Of a stretch of 64,000 bases of DNA, positions 61,182 to 64,000 are shown piece by piece. The notes beneath the pieces were generated by a model that worked only from the letters and a program-made list of their open reading frames with translations, was not told the origin of the DNA and made no database searches. Within the stretch, counting starts at the first letter, position 1, and the number at the start of each line of letters is the position of its first letter. The DNA is from an uncultured Candidatus Rokubacteria bacterium. Its GTDB lineage: Bacteria; Methylomirabilota; Methylomirabilia; Rokubacteriales; CSP1-6. Location of the stretch: NCBI GenBank assembly GCA_963754315.1, contig CAVWFS010000007.1:704001-768000 (forward strand), given 5' to 3'. The translations under genes were made by a program, and so were the position numbers.

Positions 61182-63238
61182 TCAGGGAGTGAACGCGATC
61201 GACGCGGAGCTCAGCCGGTTGATACGGGTCAGCGCGGGATCGACGAATACACAGAACGCCTCGACCTGGGCGACGCCAGGGCCGATGAAGCCAAAGCTCT
61301 GACTCGATTCGGTGATTGGCGCCGTGGGCCGTGCCGGCCGGATCAGATTCGCCGGCCCGAGGGTCCCCGTCGCCAGGTCTAGCGAGAAGAAGGTGACAGC
61401 CCCCCGGCGGTGACACGTCCAACCACATAGATGTCCCAGGGATCGCCGGCGCCGGGGAAGGTATTGACGGTCACCATGAACGACTGGCCTACCGGCACGC
61501 TGCTGCGGTTCGACTGAATCTGACAGCGCGCCTTGTCTTCCTCGGCCTGGACAGCGGTGAGCGCATCGGCGAGGCCGAAGCCGAAGCCCGTGTCCCGGCC
61601 ACCCGCGCCCAGATCCGTGGACGTGCCTCTCATCGCGTTGGCGAAGAACAGGCTCGGAATCGGGAAGCCCAGCACGTACGACGGGTTGGCCTCGGCGACG
61701 AGCGCAGCAACTCCTGCCACGTGGGGGGCAGCCGCGGACGTCCCGAAGAAGGGATCGAAGCCTGGACGACTGGTGAGCACGCCATCGACGCCGGTCAGGT
61801 CGGGCTTGCTGCGCACCTCTGGGGATGGGAAGAGGATCGTCACATCGCCGCGACTGCTGAATGGCTCGAGCGCGGTCGGTTCGGAAGCGCGAGAAGCGGC
61901 AACCGCCAGGACCTCCGGCACGGAGGGATGCCCGAATATGCTGCCCTCAGGCGTGTTGAATTCGGCGAAGTCGCAGCCAAAGCAAAACACCTTGAGCGGT
62001 GTCGCTGCCCCCGCGAACCGGCTGATCTGGATGTCTCCGCCGCAGATTGGACTCGGGCAGTTCAGGTCGATGGACTCGACCGGGTCGTCGTCTCCGTTCT
62101 GTTCCACGATCGACGAGCCCGCAAGCTCGTCTGTGCCTGCCTGGAACGCATACAGATCGTAGTCGTCCGCGGCGGCGCCGAAGCGGTTGCCCCACTGGAG
62201 GATGATCGTCAAGGGCCCCTGAGAGGCGGTGAAACGCATGCGGGTCGTGCCAGCCCCGAAGTTGTGTCGCGTACCTTGCACGTCCACACGGCCGGGGTTG
62301 AACGGCGCCTGGTAATGCCCGGTCGCGTCGTTGCCGCCCGCCGAGATGCGCAGAACAGCGGCCCCGGCCACCCGGTCGTTGAGGGCAATCAGCCCGTCCT
62401 GAAAGTATGGCTCCTCGACGAATCCCAAATCGTCGACGATGATGCTCGCGCCCGCCGACCGCAAGGCGTTCACCGACTCGATGAAGGCAAGGCGGGTGAG
62501 CCCCGACGAAAAGGCGAGGGCGGCCCCGGGGGCGCAATCGGCGATGATTTCCAGCATCGCCGTTCCCTCGTCGCCCACTCCTCCACTCAGAACCTGAACC
62601 GAGCCCACGTTGCCGGAGGCCTGGGATTGCGCGAGCCCGTCCACGCCATCGGAGACGACCCCGACCTTGACACCAGCTCCGGTGTATCCCATAGCACGCG
62701 CCTGGTCGCAGCGGTGGACGGCGTCACCCTGCGTGTTGACCGAGCCGGTGCGTGTTTGGCCTCCGGCCGCCTTGCGCGACCGCCCATAGCTCGGCGGCCG
62801 GATCCTCTTCACGGCCCCTTCGCCCGCCAGGACCTCCAGCTTCTCCACCGCCACCCAGCCCTGGACGATCTTGAATTCACGATTGACGATCTCGATGTCG
62901 AGCCCGTGCGCGCGCAGAGCATCCAGGCTCGCCTCGCTCGTATCCGTCACGGTGACCTCAACCTGAACCCGCCCCCCCGGGTCCACCTTGAGAAACGGCG
63001 AGGAGAAACGCCCGGCCACACCCATGTCGCCGGCGTTCTCCGAGGAGATGCCCTGCGTTCGGAAGTCGGCAATCAGCCCCCGCAGTCTGGAGACGATCTT
63101 CTTCGAGGCCGCACTCGTGGCCGGACCCGAGGAGCGGATTTCACCGCTCCCCCTCAGCTCCTGGCCGAGAACCGGAGCCCGACTGAAGAGCAGGACGAGG
63201 ACAGCGAGCCCGATCAGCCTACCGCGCCAGACCATCAC
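61182..63238 (-). CDS. Secreted S8 (subtilase) family serine peptidase, frameshift in the C6 run at 61400-61405
   Basis: VGVVSDG, DEGTAMLEI, SAGN, KPD..G.DG and FFGTSAAAPHVAG. A shifted frame continues AVTFFSLDL...IAFTP to a stop at 61182. Confidence 0.85.
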
Positions 63239-63471
63239 GATCTAACCTCCGCCAGATCAAGGAAACTAGTGGCTGGACAAAGGATACCCTGCCTGTCACG
63301 CCTCGGACTCCTCGCAGTGTCTCTTTCTCACGGCACTGCACCTTCAATAACGGGTCAAATGCCTCTGCAAACTCAGGAGGGGATATGGCGCCTAACCCCT
63401 AAAAAACATTGACCTGATTCCATGCGTTCATGTACCATCCCGGCAGGTTACGGCCACGCGGAGGGACCGGC

Positions 63472-64000
63472 ATGAGCCGACAATGCAGACGCGGGGTACG
63501 CTGGGCGTGGGTTCTCACAATGCTGGTCGCCTTTATCTGGGCGATGCCGGCGTCGGCCCAAGATCCGGGCAGTGGGGTGCCGGCGGCCGCCCCCACCGAT
63601 GACGAATGGTCGTACGTCATCACACCTCAGGTGTGGATCAGCCACATCCTGAAGAATGGATTTTCCTCCCCTAATACAATCGCGGGACTTAATTGCGGGG
63701 GCCCGACCGCGAAACTGTTTCAAGGTCGATTCGAGTCCATATGATGCCCTGAACCCCCAGTGGGGTCTCCAGTTTGCGGCCCAGAAGGGTCGCTTCAGCT
63801 TGGCGGCCGCTGTCCAGTACGTGACCTTCGAAACCCGAAATGACTACATCTACGCTCCGGCAGATGGCCTCACCACGAACCCAGGACTCGCTCTTCGGTC
63901 CTCTCACCATCAGCCCGGGGCAGGAGTTCGCCCAAGAGTTCGTCAACACGACACGCATGGATGTCGACCTCTCCGCCAGTTACTTCTTCCCCGACGTAAT
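63472..64000 (+). CDS. Hypothetical exported (possibly outer-membrane beta-barrel) protein, frameshifted and 3'-truncated by window edge
   Basis: Signal peptide ending ASA-Q, WSYVITPQVW, then in shifted frames PQWGLQFAAQ.GRF and MDVDLSASYFF (amphipathic beta-strands). Confidence 0.55.

Noticed and set aside
4315..63412. Long antisense or alternate-frame ORFs (e.g. 4315..5772+, 18961..20463-, 27649..29352+, 37931..39775+, 61721..63412+)
   Set aside because: These are shadow ORFs expected at high GC. They overlap well-supported genes and have no recognisable motifs.
63742..63747. TGA-TGC as a second selenocysteine site
   Set aside because: Read-through gives a short implausible peptide, whereas a frameshift yields a coherent beta-strand-rich continuation.
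1..64000. rRNA, tRNA, prophage, integrase or transposase genes
   Set aside because: None were recognisable by eye. A tRNAscan-SE/Infernal run would be needed to exclude small RNAs.

Overview
GC-rich bacterial chromosomal segment, densely packed with catabolic and redox genes: SDRs, LLM flavin oxidoreductases, CaiB/BaiF CoA-transferases, thiolase plus DUF35, a CoxL-like Mo-hydroxylase subunit, an extradiol dioxygenase, an amidohydrolase and two peptide/nickel-type ABC systems. The gene repertoire and GC-rich intergenic repeats suggest a Candidatus Rokubacteria/Methylomirabilota-like organism (inference only). No rRNA, tRNA, CRISPR array, integrase or transposase was recognised. Highlights: (1) a Cap12/Pycsar-type TIR domain fused to two tandem PAS-like repeats, paired with a SAM methyltransferase and two genes from a metacaspase, a candidate undescribed defence or signalling module; (2) a UGSC-family selenoprotein split by the ORF caller at an in-frame TGA (U-S-T-C) with a SECIS-like hairpin; (3) a two-hairpin REP-like repeat with compensatory base changes, found only between convergent genes; (4) several chimeric or internally deleted genes; (5) a DUF4331-TPR-RcnA-like operon. 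Single-base frameshifts are frequent from about 43 kb onward and are more likely long-read consensus errors than biology. All family assignments come from motif recognition by eye, not from database searches.
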